Shown here: positions 38,309 through 52,917 of the stretch, in pieces | How the letters are laid out: every line of letters starts with the position of its first letter | Position numbering within the stretch: the stretch's first letter is position 1 | From: Octopus vulgaris | Lineage: Eukaryota | Length of the DNA stretch: 64,000 nucleotides | Reading direction: 5' to 3' | NCBI GenBank assembly: GCA_951406725.2 | Contig: OX597817.1 | Coordinates: 45,074,001 to 45,138,000, forward strand | Made by a program: the position numbers and the translations under genes | Notes under the pieces: generated by a model | Databases searched by the model: none | Told to the model about the DNA's origin: nothing | Seen by the model: only the letters and a program-made list of their open reading frames with translations

Positions 38309-39783
38309 GCATACATACACATTTTCGTATATGTATTCTACAATTTGCAAACCTAATGGATGATGAGTCCCATATATTATAGCGGCTAATCCAAAATGTA
38401 GAATGCCGTTCCACCAATTTATACGATACGCTTTTGAAATTTGTAAATATTAGCGCACTAAACCTAAGATAATGAAGAAATTCAGAAATAAAAATGCGTT
38501 TACCCTGCAGTAAACTTTGGAGTCACCATTCTTCCAGCTCGTCATATGCGAGTCTCTGCGTGCTTGTACATGCTGCAAGAGTGTTTTAATCTCTATTTTG
38601 AATATACCTCACTAAGGAGAAATAACGGCTTCTGGAATAGCTTTAATCCAATTGTTCTGAGAGGGAGATGTTAGTCGGTACTATCAACTGCTGATCTCTT
38701 ACTATACCTTATCAATCCTAGATGGATGATAGTCTATGTTAATGTTGGCGGGATATGTACTTGAAAAGGGCCTAAAACTAATGTCCCAAGTTGACGTAAC
38801 GTGCTTATTTCTATCAGCCGTTGCTTTAAAGACAAAAACCATTCCAATCTAGCTTATCTATAATTTCCCAAATTCCAATACGCTATTAGTATAAGAGGTA
38901 TCCACCGCGACAGCTGCTTTTGGATTGCTGACGCACTTGAATTTTTTTTTCAATTAATTGCTTGGATAATCTAAATTGACTGAATATTTCCAAGAGATTT
39001 GATTACATATTTGACGCTCTATCATACGCATTGGAAGGCATGCTTAATTTAATCTTCACTCCCCACTTCAGTAAATTGTAATTTATTTTGTTACATAATA
39101 ATCCATCTTGTTATTGATTGCGTGAAATCCTCTCGTGTTTTTAAGATGATGCAGCGGTATTGCAAGTATGATTCTTAGATTCTCTTCCATTAGTATTTGC
39201 ATAAAAAAAAATTATCTTTCTTTTAATGTAATATGATGTGTAAAGCCTATTATTATTTTTTATTCTATTCTAATACTATTAGTTACACATATCGCTGTCT
39301 TCAATTGCAGAATTTTATTAGTTTAGAATTTTAAACATTTCCACCTAGATCAGATTTTTATATGACGGAATCGAATGGCTATATTTTGTACCAGATGTTT
39401 TGTTGAAGCCTCAAGTAAATCAATAGGGTGCCTATATTGCAGTACGGTGAAATTAAACTTCCCTTAGATTTTTATTACAAAATACATGCAATCGTACATG
39501 GTATTTTTCCTTTTTATTTATACATAAACAATTCGTTTCTATAAAAGCAAATTTCGTTCCTTTTTTCTAGTTAAATATTGTCAATTTAATGTATCATGAA
39601 TTTCAAATTTAATTACAGATATTACATTATTAGTAAATACAAAATTATGTGCATTCATATCGTAGAATACTAAGAGATATTTGTAACTATCAGAAGCATA
39701 GCTAGTTACAACCTATGATGGCGATAATCAGTGAGTATAAAATCTCTTCACGAGCTTTTGTATAATTCTGTGGGAAACGTTAT

Positions 39784-40209
39784 GGATCTTGTCGGCTTGA
39801 ACGGCAGTTTTTTAATATAATTTCCACTTACCTAATCACTTTTCAACTTCGTATACTGGTAAAATGTGTTTATAAAACATCTCTTTCTCTTGGCTTTATT
39901 GAGAAAATTCTATAGTTTGTAAGATATTTGTTGTTTTTTCTCTCTAATTTCTACAATTTCAACCAATCAATGACGTATATTGAGGTGAAAACATTCTGTG
40001 CCGTATGAATATGTCCCTCGTTTAAGAAACAGATTGGATTTATTTACATTTCTGAAGAAAAAAAGATACCCTTCCCCCATCCCTAACCCTAACTAACACT
40101 AACCCTGAAACAGATTGAAATGCAATAGATCGATACTAGGGTCATAATTATGGGTGACAATTTCATATGACACCGCTAGTAAAAACTGCCGTTCAAACCG
40201 AAAGGATCC
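39784..40209 (-). mobile_element. Merlin-like MITE, copy 2 (opposite orientation)
   Basis: Perfect 8-bp TSD aacgttat at 39776-39783 and 40210-40217. Same TIRs and body as 14021-14411. Internal ccctaaccctaa. Confidence 0.85.
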
Positions 40210-42409
40210 AACGTTATTTCTTAAATCCTAACAGATTCGCACAAAAGGGAAAGTTAATTTATGTAAGAATTTGCGCACGGTACAGTTAAATGTTCAGAAC
40301 CAAAATGCTGGAGTTATGCTTTGCTAGATTATTATTTTGTGTGTTATTTGATCAAAAAATCGGTGGATTTTTTTGTAATGGGGTAAGTTTTTACTCCTAA
40401 AACGATTCATGCTTTATAAAACTGTATTAAGTACGGTGATGTATATTTATAAAATTTGTGAGTTAATATTAGGCTATAGCATTCCAAATGTTTCTACTTT
40501 TTGACAATAATCTCGTGTATCATGCATTTAAAATCAGCCCTTTACATTTTAAATTCGTTTTTCCCATCTTAGTAACATACTTTCACATTATGAACTCTTT
40601 TTGTCATATAATTGTAAACTATTAACGATGTCTGGAAATATATAACGTTGAGTTCATTGCTTCAATGGACTTTACAAATCACAATTTCACCAATATTAAA
40701 TTCGATATTAATGTAGCCTGTAAATAAAGTATAATCATTTACTTTAAATGAAATCGAAAAAAAAAAAAGAGCCAAAAAATTGAAATAACGAAATAAATGG
40801 CATTTAAGAAACCTATTAAAATATACACATTACGATTATAAAAAAAAAGCTATTACGCTGTTCTTGAAAGACGATGGATCTAAAATAAAGATCTTTCTGA
40901 AATTGGACAATTTCAGTTAGCGACCATTTATTTAAAATTGATTCATTTATATTCGGAGATGCTATAAAACTGATTCCTAACAGTATGAATTAATTGGATA
41001 GATGCTATAACTAATGTCAGCTTCTTGCATCCATTATCAATGTTAAATAGGAAAGAATTTGAATCTTTTTCTAGTAGCAAGCAAGAAAGATTTTAGAAAG
41101 TTAATCTTAATTTTTATTTTTCCATGACAGAATATAACATTTGATTGATTATTCTCGACGAAGTTTATATGATTTAATATTCTTCAACCTGGAAGCAAAG
41201 AAAAATGCTTCGAATTTAACTCCTCTCCAATTCACTTATATAAACCTTAATCACATATCAACCATTTAAAAAGAAGAAAAATTTCAAATTCAACTTCAAA
41301 CAAGAGAAAATGCTTTAGTGGGGGGTAAATCAATTCAGAGAAAAATGTAGGGTCGAAAGTTTAATCGAATATAACTGTGATTAATAGGCAACTTTGGGAA
41401 ATATGGTTTATTATTAGCTGTTATCGTTAATATTTCTCTTTTCTCCAAAAGCTAAAATACAAACAAAGCACAAAACAAGATTTCTCATCATAATTTTCTT
41501 CTCATTAAACCACAATATGTCTTCAATTATATAATGCTTCGATCTCGAACCGAATTAATTCCTGTTAGTGAGTTCAATACAATTTTTATTGAATAGTCTT
41601 TAAGAACAGGATTATTTCGTAACTAATGTATTCATGTGATTATTTCTTCAGATATTCTTTTACTAATCTGCTCAAAATTGCTGCCATTGGTAGGATATGG
41701 AATCAAATTTGTAATATAAGTTTATGTAGTAAGTAAACTCTGCATTAAAGAATCGATCGATGGTTTGAATCAGAAACCATTAGAATTGAGATGATATTAA
41801 AAATTGAACTCCCATTAAAAAAGTCATTCAGAATGTTCGCTCGCTTTGCTATGTGAAATTGCGTATAAATGATTTTAAAATTCTCTTTATTCACCATTTT
41901 ATACTGGCATGAAAATTTGAATAACAACTATATTCTCATATATTCAAGGTAAATAATCGATCCAGCATACGCATTCAGACATTTCCACACACAATATCAA
42001 TACTGAGGGAAGAAGTTGAACAACGCATCTTCCTTATTCGGCATCCATGTAAACCCGTAACCTTGGGCAAGTAAGTTATTGCTGAAAAAGAAACCTGGAA
42101 TGAACATTTTGATTTATTGCCAATTGCAATTAATTTTAATTACGGTACAATTAAAAGGGTTGAACGTATAGAATTTATGAAATCCCATTCGATTTCTCTT
42201 TAAATCTGCAATCGTTTGTGGGAATATAAAATCAGCAATATACATTCTGATGTAGCAAATGAAGCAGTAAACGAAACATGTGCACATCGCATCAATCCCA
42301 TAGCACAGAGATTCAGTTGAAAGTATTTCCCTCCTCTAATGATAATGTTCCTGTAGAAGAGCGTATAGCTTCCACGTCGCACGTGTTTCTCGATCTCCTT
42401 TAACTGTGG

Positions 42410-42650
42410 AGGCGCGTGGCTTAGTGGTTAGGGTGTTGAACTCATGATCGTAAGGTTGTGGTTTCGATTCCTGGACCGGCCGATGCGTTGTGTTCTTGAG
42501 TAAAGCACTTCATTTCCCGTTGCTCCAGTCCTCTCAGCTGGCAAAAATGAGCAATCTTGCAACGGACCGGCGGCCCGTCCAGGTGGGGAATTTCTAAGCC
42601 ACCGAAACAGGAAAACCGGCCCTTATGAGCCTGGCATGGCTCGAGAAGGA
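42410..42650 (+). mobile_element. SINE family B
   Basis: ggcgcgtggcttagtggttagg (A box) and ggtttcgattcc (B box). Confidence 0.85.
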
Positions 42651-42720
42651 AGAAGGACCCTCCTCTAACTAAGGATGTCTGCGATCAAATTCATTCAAGC
42701 AATTATGAACTGCTTGTTAA

Positions 42721-42959
42721 CCTCTTGACAACGGTTAATGCAAATATGCGATTACTCTTTTGCTTGCCTAACCGCGGTTAACGTAAATATACGAAGGCAG
42801 AGCTGCCCTACATCTATCACGGTCTTTTTAGCGGCTGACGTATGTTTACGTTCGCTATCGTGTACTTTATCTTTTGAGGTACGTGCGCTAGTCCTATGAC
42901 TGAAACAAGTAAAAGAGTAAAAGAGTAAAGAGTATACAAATGCACACATGTTCACACGC

Positions 42960-42994
<35 letters not shown>

Positions 42995-43395
42995 CGCACA
43001 TAGATACTACACACAACTACGTGTTCCAGGATTTATTTAGATGAATATATTATTTATTATTTAGCTATTTTAGGTTACCTTCAAGTCATGAGACTAGGAG
43101 CAGACCAATGACATGCGGATACTTTACATGCATAATACCGGGTTTTGGGTTGTACCACACGGAAGCTGTTTTTTGAACTTAAGCAGAATATCTCTTGCAT
43201 ATCATATCATGATAAATAGTTTCACATAGTTCGTTTTCATAAACCGATAGACGTAAATGTACGACGCTATGTTATTGTAACGGTGAACGTAAATAGACGC
43301 GCGCTCGTTGGCCCTTGTGTGTTTGTGTGGCCTCATTAGATAAAAAGAAACGGAGTAGTGCCCCGCATGCTTCGCGTAATACCGGCGTCAAGGGG
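42721..43395. mobile_element. piggyBac-like MITE
   Basis: TTAA|cctcttgacaacgg ... ccggcgtcaagggg|CTAA: imperfect TIRs and a TTAA-like TSD. Confidence 0.6.
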
Positions 43396-43687
43396 CTAAG
43401 ATGGAGGTTTTCAGATATATTTAATTTCATAAAAGTAATCAGTAAATGTTCATGTTTCAGCATCCATCCCCCGTTTATCTAAAGCGTATGTGTTCCTCAT
43501 AGAAACAATTCTCAACTGCAAAACATAACAGGTGTAACATAATGTCCCACGCTGTTTGGAACAGGTAATAAAATTACACCCTACTTGTTATTGCTAAGAT
43601 AACACTTTAAACAATGTAACCTTATTAGATGAATCGCAGAAAACATACAGGTTAATATATGAGAAATTAGTGACATATATAGATATA

Positions 43688-43856
43688 GGTGTAGGAGTGT
43701 CTGTGTGGTAAGTAGGTTCCGGGTTCACTCCCACTGGGTGGCACCTTGGGCAAGTCTCTTCTACTATAGCCTCGGGCCGACCAAAGCCTTGTAAGAGGAC
43801 TTGGTAGACGGAAACTGGAAAGAAATCCGTCGTATATATGTATATGTATATGTATT

Positions 43857-43890
<34 letters not shown>

Positions 43891-44160
43891 GGTGTGGGTG
43901 TGTGCGTGTGTGTGTGTGCGTGTGTGTGTGTATGTGTGTGTGTGTTTGTGTGTCTGTGTTTGTCCCCCCAACATCGCTTGACAACCGATGCTGGTGTATT
44001 TACGCCCTTGTAACTTAGCGGTTCGGCAAAAGAGACGGTTGAATAAGTACTAAGCTTACAAAGAAGAAGAACTGGGGTCGATTTACTCGAGTAAAGGCGG
44101 TGCTCCAGCATGAGCACAGTCCTATGACTGAAACAAGTAAAAGAGTAAAAGAGTAAAGAG
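43688..44160 (+). mobile_element. SINE family C (internal TA/TG microsatellite, gtaaaaga tail)
   Basis: ccttgggcaagt CORE-like motif; multi-copy in the window. Confidence 0.88.
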
Positions 44161-44749
44161 TATACAAATGCATACATGTTCACACACACACACACACACA
44201 CGCACAAACACGCACATAGATACTACACACGCACATACACACAACTACGTGTTCCAGCATTTATTTAGATGAATATATTATTTATTATTTCAAAGCGATA
44301 CCATAGCAATGTATTTTGCATTGCAAATGTTTTCATAATGAATGCAGTTTGCATTCATAAGCATGCAGGAGATATAATACGAACAGAGAAGATGCTTCGT
44401 TTCTTCGCCGGAGTGATTTACAGTAAGTTCATGGAAATACTACGTATAAAAGTGGAAGAGATGCATAATACAAATTTGGAGACACACTTACCAATGAGGA
44501 TGCTAAAATAAACATCTCGAATGAAGAGAAGAGTAGAGAATAAACTCCTTTCGTAAAAATAAAGGCAGAACAACTGGCTACAAATTAGGAGTCGTCAGAA
44601 ACTGCTGAGCGACTTATATGTGAGGGGTTACCTTTTATTCAATGCATTCGTTTGTAAAATCCTCCAAGTTTAAAAAAGAGAGCGATGTCTTCCATTTGTT
44701 ACAGAGGAGAACCTGGATTCCTTTTTTTCTTTCTGATCTTCTTCTTTAT

Positions 44750-45060
44750 GCCTTTAACCCTCCAACGCGGAATATAGGCCACTTATAGTTGAATTCCATG
44801 TCGCAAAATGTTTGGCTTCTGTACTTATACTCTGCCATGACTGTCTCCCTTTCTCTAGTTCCTTTTGTATTGATCTATGCCACAAGTTCTTAGGCCTATC
44901 TCTCCTTCTATATCCACCCGGAATCCACTGTAAAGCACTTTTCGCTACATTTGGTGTGTCTTTTCTAATTGCGCTACCAATCCACTTCCACTTTTTCTTA
45001 AATATTTGCTCCCTAATCGAAACTTCATTTGTTCTTTACTATAGCTCCATATTGCTTAAG
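44750..45060 (-). pseudogene. RTE-type LINE 3' end
   Basis: Minus translation KSALQWIPGGYRRRDRPKNLW matches the RTE motif ALxWxPxGxRxRGRPKxTW. Confidence 0.65.
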
Positions 45061-46029
45061 TTTGTTTTTTTTTTCTGAGGAAAAAGTAAAATAATGTATT
45101 TCAGAAAGATTTCGGTAGCTCTAATTGCATCGGATGGATCGGTGCTAAATCACATTTGCTGCAAAGAATAATAAAATAGACGAATTTCTGCTCTCTTTAT
45201 TGATTTGAAATAGCAGAAACTTCATAGGATGTTGTGCGTTGTAGAGAAGGAAGATGTCTTTTGTAGGAAGATGCCTCCATTATATTTCCCTATATGTATA
45301 TATTCGCTGATAGATGGATGGAGATTGTTGGGATTTACGACGAAAATCTGAAAGGTTAAGAGAAAATAAGCATTGAATTTATCGGTGGGGCTGATAACTT
45401 CAAAGAGTAAAACGAGTGAAATAACATAAATTGGAAGTATGAACAGTAAAAGAAGTAAAGAAGGGGAGTTATGGAGAAGGAAAGGACTACAGCAATATGA
45501 TGCTAAAGCCAAAAGAAGGTCTATTTCGTTTCTGTAATATGACTTAGTTTGGTTGAACTCGCACAATATTATTTTTTCTTCGGTTTTTATCTTTCTGTTG
45601 TCGTTGTTGTTGTTGTTGTTCTACTTCTTTTTCTTCAGCCCCTCCTCCTCCTGCGCCCCTTAAATAAACACGGTTGTTTACAGAGCAGCAGGAAGTCAAA
45701 TATAACACGTTTTCTGTGCAAACATTGTACATCGGAAAAGTTGGCTACAAAGATGAACAGAATACCCTTTTTGCGCTAGTTCTTTAGAGACCCTTAATAG
45801 GAAACTGAGTAACAAGCTGACAACAATATTACAAGAGTGCTCTCATCCTCGAAAACCAAACGATAAGAGCCACATCCGTTTGCATATACATCTAAAGATC
45901 CAACAAAAGATCTTTGTCTCGTATTCTCCGATCACAATTACCTATTCTTAGAATTATTGCTCAAACTTCAATACACAGATTCCTCATTCTGCAACATTCA
46001 TTATTATGGACAAATTCTTTATCAATCCA

Positions 46030-46427
46030 AACGGCTGTGTGGTATGTAGCCTGCTTATAAACCACATGGTCCAGGGTTCAATCCCATTGCGTGGAACCTT
46101 AGGCATGAGTCTTCTACTATAACCTCGGGCCGATCAAAGCCTTGAGTGGATTTGGTAGACGGAAACTGAAAGAAGCCCGTAGTATATATATATATACATA
46201 CATACATATATGTATCTGTGCGTGTGTTTTGTATGTCTGTGGTTGTCCCACCAAAATCACTTGACATCCGATACGAGTGTGTTTACGGCTCTATAACTTA
46301 GTGGTTTAGCAAAACAGAATGATAGAATAAGTACTAGGCTTACAAAGAATAAATCCTGGGACCGATTTGCTTGACTAAAAGTGGTACTCTAGCATGACCA
46401 CAGTCAAATGACTGAAACAGGTAAAAG
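46030..46427 (+). mobile_element. SINE family C
   Basis: Collinear with 43688-44160. Confidence 0.85.
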
Positions 46428-47344
46428 CGTATTACATATAAGGTAACTAAATAACCTCTATGTTTTACGTTCTAGAATCTTCGTTTCTTATATGTCACAA
46501 ACTGCATGTTTGTAAAAAATGATCATACCTTATTCATTATACCTCATAAAGCCACAATATTAGAGACCCACTCCAAATTTTTTTTTGACCTGGTTGAGAT
46601 TAAATAATATAAATGTTTTCCTATTGTCTTTACGCGAGGCAAAAGACTATTCGTGAAACGGAGTCGTTTTTACTGTACAGCAACCACAGCGGTTAGCATT
46701 CATTTTAATCCATTTCGATTTGAGCATCATGAAACGAAGTGACCTGCTCACGAACGAAACGTCCCCCTCATCCTGTATTCAGCTTCATGGCATTGCTCTC
46801 GTGCGTCCGTGAGAAGAATATTAATTATAAAACGCTCTTGGGCCACTATTCCACAATAATTATTTCACTAAGTTTATACCACCAGTAGTTTTCAAACTTT
46901 TACAATTATTTTATTAATCGTATCTTTCTCTTCGTTCTTTTATTGATTTCTATAAATATATTTAGATATTAGTTTTTATGTAATCACCTACCGATTTTTC
47001 CCTTAATTACTGTTTTTATTTATCTTATATATATTGTCGTGTTTATTTATTTTGATAATTTCGTATTTCTATTGTCAAGATTTCTTCTTATTTTTCTAAA
47101 ATTCTTAACTTTTTAAAACGTCTATAATGACATAATGACTACATTTATACTTTATCCATTTAGTACAAAATTCCGCCGATTGCTAAACAAACGTTAAATT
47201 ATTGCTTAGCAATTATTCTCCAATTTAACTTGTTTGTTTCTTAATTTCTGTGATTTTCTTATTTGTCTGAGTATTTGTTTAAGATACACCCCCTGATTGC
47301 ACTCATGTACATACAATACACAGACAGAAATATACGTAAATGCG

Positions 47345-47575
47345 TGTGTATATGTGTGTGCGTTTATGTATGTGTACAGGACGTCACCAGGTGTGCAAAC
47401 AACATGAAATTGGTTGACAAACGAGTTGAGTACATAAACAACGAGAGAAACTATGGAAAACAAGACAAGATACATACATATATATGTATATGTATTATAT
47501 ATATGTACGTATGCGTGTATATTTATATGTATGTAACTGTGCTTATATGTATATGCATATATATCTATATCTATC

Positions 47576-47623
<48 letters not shown>

Positions 47624-47854
47624 GATAGATATAGATATATATGCATATACATATAAGCACAGTTACATACATATAAATATACACGCATACGTACATATAT
47701 ATAATACATATACATATATATGTATGTATCTTGTCTTGTTTTCCATAGTTTCTCTCGTTGTTTATGTACTCAACTCGTTTGTCAACCAATTTCATGTTGT
47801 TTGCACACCTGGTGACGTCCTGTACACATACATAAACGCACACACATATACACA
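47345..47854. repeat. Perfect 510-bp palindrome centred on (TA)18
   Basis: The arms are exact reverse complements; the ORF track gives the same peptide on both strands (47263+ and 47571-). Confidence 0.92.
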
Positions 47855-48117
47855 TACATATTATTTATTATCATTATTTAATTGAACGCCACGCATACAT
47901 TTCCTAGTAAATTTATCTTCACCTTTATCATGCGATTCTACTCTATACTCTTTTCTTCCTGCATCCCTCTCTACCTTCACAAGCCCTTATTCCGATTTTC
48001 CCATAAAATTATAGCAACAATTTTAAAATTCTTTGTGATCCAAAACACCGTTATATATTTACTTTTCTCTTTGGAGTTCTTGTACTACTCCTTCCACTTG
48101 GCACTCCGCTGGTTAAT

Positions 48118-48405
48118 TGTCTAGGGTTATAATAGGTGCGATCTACGGAATAGCCTGGTGGTGAAATTAACGTGCAAGTGGCTGAGCACACCACAGACAC
48201 GCGTTTCCTTAACGCAGTTCTCAAAGGAGATTCAGCATGATACACTGTGGCAAAGCTAACCTTTAGAAATACGGGTGCTACTCACGTTTTGCTAGCTAAA
48301 AGGACTTCAGCAACGTGAAATAAAAGACACAACGCCGCCGCTGGATATCGATCTCACGACCTTATGATTGTGAGTCAAATACGTTAACAGCTAAGCAAGG
48401 CACAT
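48118..48405 (-). mobile_element. SINE family B-related, diverged
   Basis: Degenerate tRNA-like head at ~48340-48405 and a body resembling family B. Confidence 0.5.
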
Positions 48406-48689
48406 TGACATTTTCTCCACCATGCTTTACTTATATGTATTCACAACTGTCTATGTCTTTTTCTCTATAAAGGATCTGTACATATGTACCTCATTCATAA
48501 CCAAGCTCACATACACACTCACACCCGCACAAACATATACATCTTGAACTCTCAACGCGTAGCAATTAACATCAAAATGCCGACGAATTTAGGGTATTAG
48601 TCCAATTATACAACTTGCAAGCAGCTATATATTTACATCACAGCAATCTTTAATTCCATAATTAATTGTAATTTTATCTCCTTATATTA

Positions 48690-49099
48690 TAGGTACAGGA
48701 GTGGATGTGTGGTAAGCATAGGCGCTGGAGTGGCTGTGTGGTAAGTAGCTTGCTTACCAACCACATGATTCTGGGTCCAGTCCCACTGCGTGGCACCTTG
48801 TGCAAGTAGCACCTCGGGCCGACCAAAGCTTTGTGACTGGATTTTGTAGACGGAAACTGAAATAATCCCTTCGTATATATGTATATGTATAGGTATGTGT
48901 GTTTGTGTGTCTATGCTTGTCCCTCCCAACATCGCTTGACAACCGATGCTGGTGTGTTTACGTCCCCGTAACTTAGTGGTTCGGCCAAAGAAACTGATAG
49001 AAGTACTAGGCTTAGAAAGAATACGTCCTGGGGTTGAGTTGCTCGACTATAAAGTGCTCCAGCATGGCCGCAGTCAAATGACTGAAATAAGTAAAAGAG
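48690..49099 (+). mobile_element. SINE family C with duplicated 5' head
   Basis: ggagtggatgtgtggtaag followed by ggagtggctgtgtggtaag, then the full body. Confidence 0.85.
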
Positions 49100-50288
49100 T
49101 TATATTATTTTATGTTTTCTATCATGATCTGATGTACGTCAACTTGGATGAACTTGTATCGGTGCAAACAGGAATTCAATTGCACATAATTCATCAGTCA
49201 TCTACTATACGATAACACTGTATAGTATATACATATATATAAAGTAAACGACATTTCCCTACATTCAAAATAAGCCCCGTGAGAAAACAGAGGAATATAG
49301 GTAATGGAACGTGTGTATATTTACATATATGTCTGTATTTGTTTCTATGTATGTATGCTTTTATGTATGTATGTATGTATGTATGTATGCATGTATGTAT
49401 GTATGTATGCATATATGTATGTATGTATGCGTGTATGCATGAACATGTGTATGTGTGTGTGTGTGTGTGTTACGGAAGATATGTAAACACAGCAATTGAA
49501 ACAAACACAAAGAACTTGCTAATGGTTGCCTATGATGAAAAGTAAAACCGTATGTCCAAAACATCAAACCTCTTCGACAAAGCACCAAGAAAGAGCAAAG
49601 GTACGCCCCTGAGGCATATACAAAATTAGCAGTAACTGATTTTCAATAATTTCTGTAGAATTTCATAGTGACCTAGTTGTAGAAGTACTGCCAAACTTTC
49701 AGAACTTCAAGGAATAAATTAAACACATGTATAACGTTAGTATGTGTTTTCTTAAAAGAAAACATTATCTCTAACACAATGTAATTACTAAAGAAAACCC
49801 TTTGTAGAAAACGCTGGAAGAAATCCTAGTTAGTTTTTCTGCTTTAAGTTTCTCTCATAGAGAACCGTTAAAGTAAGTCTGCAATGTATAGCGACGGGTT
49901 AATTTTTTTGCTTTCGGCATTGGAATAGTTTTTAGGTAGAGTTAATGTTATTTAGAGAAATATATTCAATCATGATAATTTTTCACGAAATCAGAATGAA
50001 TTATAGGAAATATGGTTTCTAGGTTTTATGTATCTACATTTTCGTTGGTGACTGTTGCATTCTCTACCATATTAACAGAATTGTTATTACTGTTTTATTG
50101 ATTCTGGAGAATATTTTATATTTATTGATTTTGCAATAAATTTTAGTTACTTCGACGTTAACATTATTTACGAATATAATTTAACCAATATATATTTATA
50201 TGTATGTATGTATATGCAAGCATGCATATATACATACCTACATTCACACATACATATATAAGTGACTGTCTGTCTGTCTCTATGTATC

Positions 50289-50385
<97 letters not shown>

Positions 50386-51032
50386 GTACAATGAAGCTAG
50401 CAGAGACTTTCACTAAAAGTAGTTGAGTTTTAATATTGGTCATTTTATATCATATCCTTGTTGTAAATGGAAAACGTAATTGCACGGTGTTGTGGTATAC
50501 TTCGCTTTGTGTATATCTGTGTTGGGTTTTTATGTGTCTGTATATGAGTTTGCGTGTAGGTTGTTCATTTTTCTCCCTCTAATTGTCTGGGTTATCCTGA
50601 ATTTCCAGGATAGCTAACAATACGGAATATAAATCCTCAGTGATATTTTTTATATATCGTGGTGAAGTAAACCTACTTGGAATCTGAGGGCAAATATGCT
50701 TGATAAGGTTCCCTTTGCATATTTAGTGAGGGATATTGCGTTAATCTCCATGAATTAGATACCATTCAACAAAGCTATTCTCTCTCTCTCTTCATTCATC
50801 CTTCTCTATCACTGATTCTCTTTCTCTCTCTCTGTCGTACGCACACAGACACACAAAGTATCATATACACCCTCATAAAAAAACATACGCACACAAACAC
50901 ACTTTCGAATAATGGTTTGCCATGTTTTCAGATATGAAGAAGCAACTTGAAGAGATTGGAATCACATGCCCAGCTTTAGACCTTTTACTTCCAAGGGGGT
51001 TTTTAACTCGATATATACACGCAATTATTTAG

Positions 51033-51100
51033 AGGCGCGTGGTTTAGTGGGTAAAGCTACTGCACACTTGATCATAATATAGCGGTTTCGATTCCTGGAA
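51033..51100 (+). mobile_element. SINE family B head fragment
   Basis: ggcgcgtggtttagtgggt...ggtttcgattcctgga. Confidence 0.6.
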
Positions 51101-52446
51101 TGCGTACCGATCAGGAAAATTTGGGAAAGCTCCCTAATGACCTTATGGTTCTCTAAGTATATTCAAATCCCTAGATATATACCTTAATGCAGTTCCTGTT
51201 CTTTTAAAAGTGAATGTATACATATAAAATGAGGTATAAATAATGGTCATTTTGTTAAAGAGTATATCTAACTTACGAAAATTTTGTCACGGAATTTCTT
51301 TAGTTTATTCAGTTGTGAAACAATGAAGAATTTTCTTTATTTTTATGCTATGGAAACGAAACCACATTTACATATCCTATACCAGATAAACGATACTGCA
51401 AAATGAATGAATAAAGATAACATATGATAAAATGACAAAATTCGTTATAGCTGTTGATATAACAGTGTGCTAATAACCTGAGTACAATAATGCATGGTGT
51501 TACATAATCACATACCCAGTTAACTCATTTCAATCGTCCGAGTTCATAATGTATTACTTCGACTGAGCGATAGAAACATTTGTACCCCAAACTAAATACA
51601 TTGAGTGTTATAGAGTTGCGTACCTTTACGTTGTCTTTAAATGCCACCGATCATTCTCCTTACATTTCAGTAGAAACATAACTAGGCCTTGAAATATTGT
51701 CGATGCATTCGCTCGAGAAACCAGGCAACTGTGAACTATTTAAGTAAAAAAGAAAATCCGTTGCATCATATTGTAAGACAACATGGTTTCAATCAACGTC
51801 ATTTCCGTGACTTAAAACCGTTTACGTTCCATGAATCACATATCTCATTTACATTACCCGTGTATATGAGCCGTTGAGAGAGCATCTCTAGACGTTGACT
51901 GCTTAGAAACAGTAACAAAAGCACCTTCAAATCAATTCCATTGCCTCATAAAATACCACTTTCTTATACGAAAATTATGAAAAGGGTAGAGATGGAATGC
52001 TTTTGATCATAGACCTTGCTCAGTGAAGCTGAATTATTTTTAAAGGGTGAAATTACAAGAGCAATTTTCCATATAAACGAGAATAATAGGGCCCAATGTT
52101 GAAATGGAGGAAAAATCAAAGAAAGCAAATAACCCATGGAAACGAGGCTTAATAATGTAATGCCTTTTTTAAACGATACGCTGAGTGCGAGTGATTTCAA
52201 TGATATCACTATCAACAGACTACTTAGGAGGAAATAACGTCTTAATATAATGTGATTTGCATCCGCTTTGCCCTCCATGTTACGTATGACAAAGGCAAAG
52301 CCGTTCTCCTGAAAATTGATAAGCATAACAGCGCTCATGTTATTACATCTACAAATAGAAGCCATCTGATTTGAAGTTGAAGTCAGTCTTTCGAAATGAA
52401 CCGAGACAGAACTCTAGAGATATATATCTTAATGATAGAAAAGGTA

Positions 52447-52917
52447 GCTCTTTACTCTCTTTTACTCTTTTAGCTGTTTCAGTCATTTGACCGCAGCCAT
52501 GCTGGAGCACCGCTTTTAGTCGAGCAAATCGACCCCCAGGACTTATTATTTGTAAGCCTAGTACTTATTCTATCGGTCTCCTTTTGCCGAGCTGCTAAAT
52601 TACGGGGACGTAAACACACCAGAATCGGTTGTCAAGCGATGTTGGGGTGGGCAAACAAAGACACACAAACACACAAACACACATACACACACACACACAC
52701 ACACACGCACGCACACACACACATATATATATATATATATGCATATACATATATACGACGGGTTTTTTCCAGTTTCCGTGAACCAAATCCACTTACAAGT
52801 CTTTGGTTGGCCCGAGGCTATAGTAGAAGACAATTGCCCAAGGTGCCATGCAGTGGGACTGAACCCGGAACCATGTGGTTCTTAAGCAAGCTACTTACCA
52901 CACAGCCACTCCGGCGC
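52447..52917 (-). mobile_element. SINE family C, full length
   Basis: Reverse complement of the 43688 and 48720 copies. Confidence 0.9.

Noticed and set aside
51964-52365. 133-aa hydrophobic minus-strand ORF as a membrane-protein exon
   Set aside because: No recognisable motif or supported splice structure; T-rich strands give hydrophobic translations by chance.
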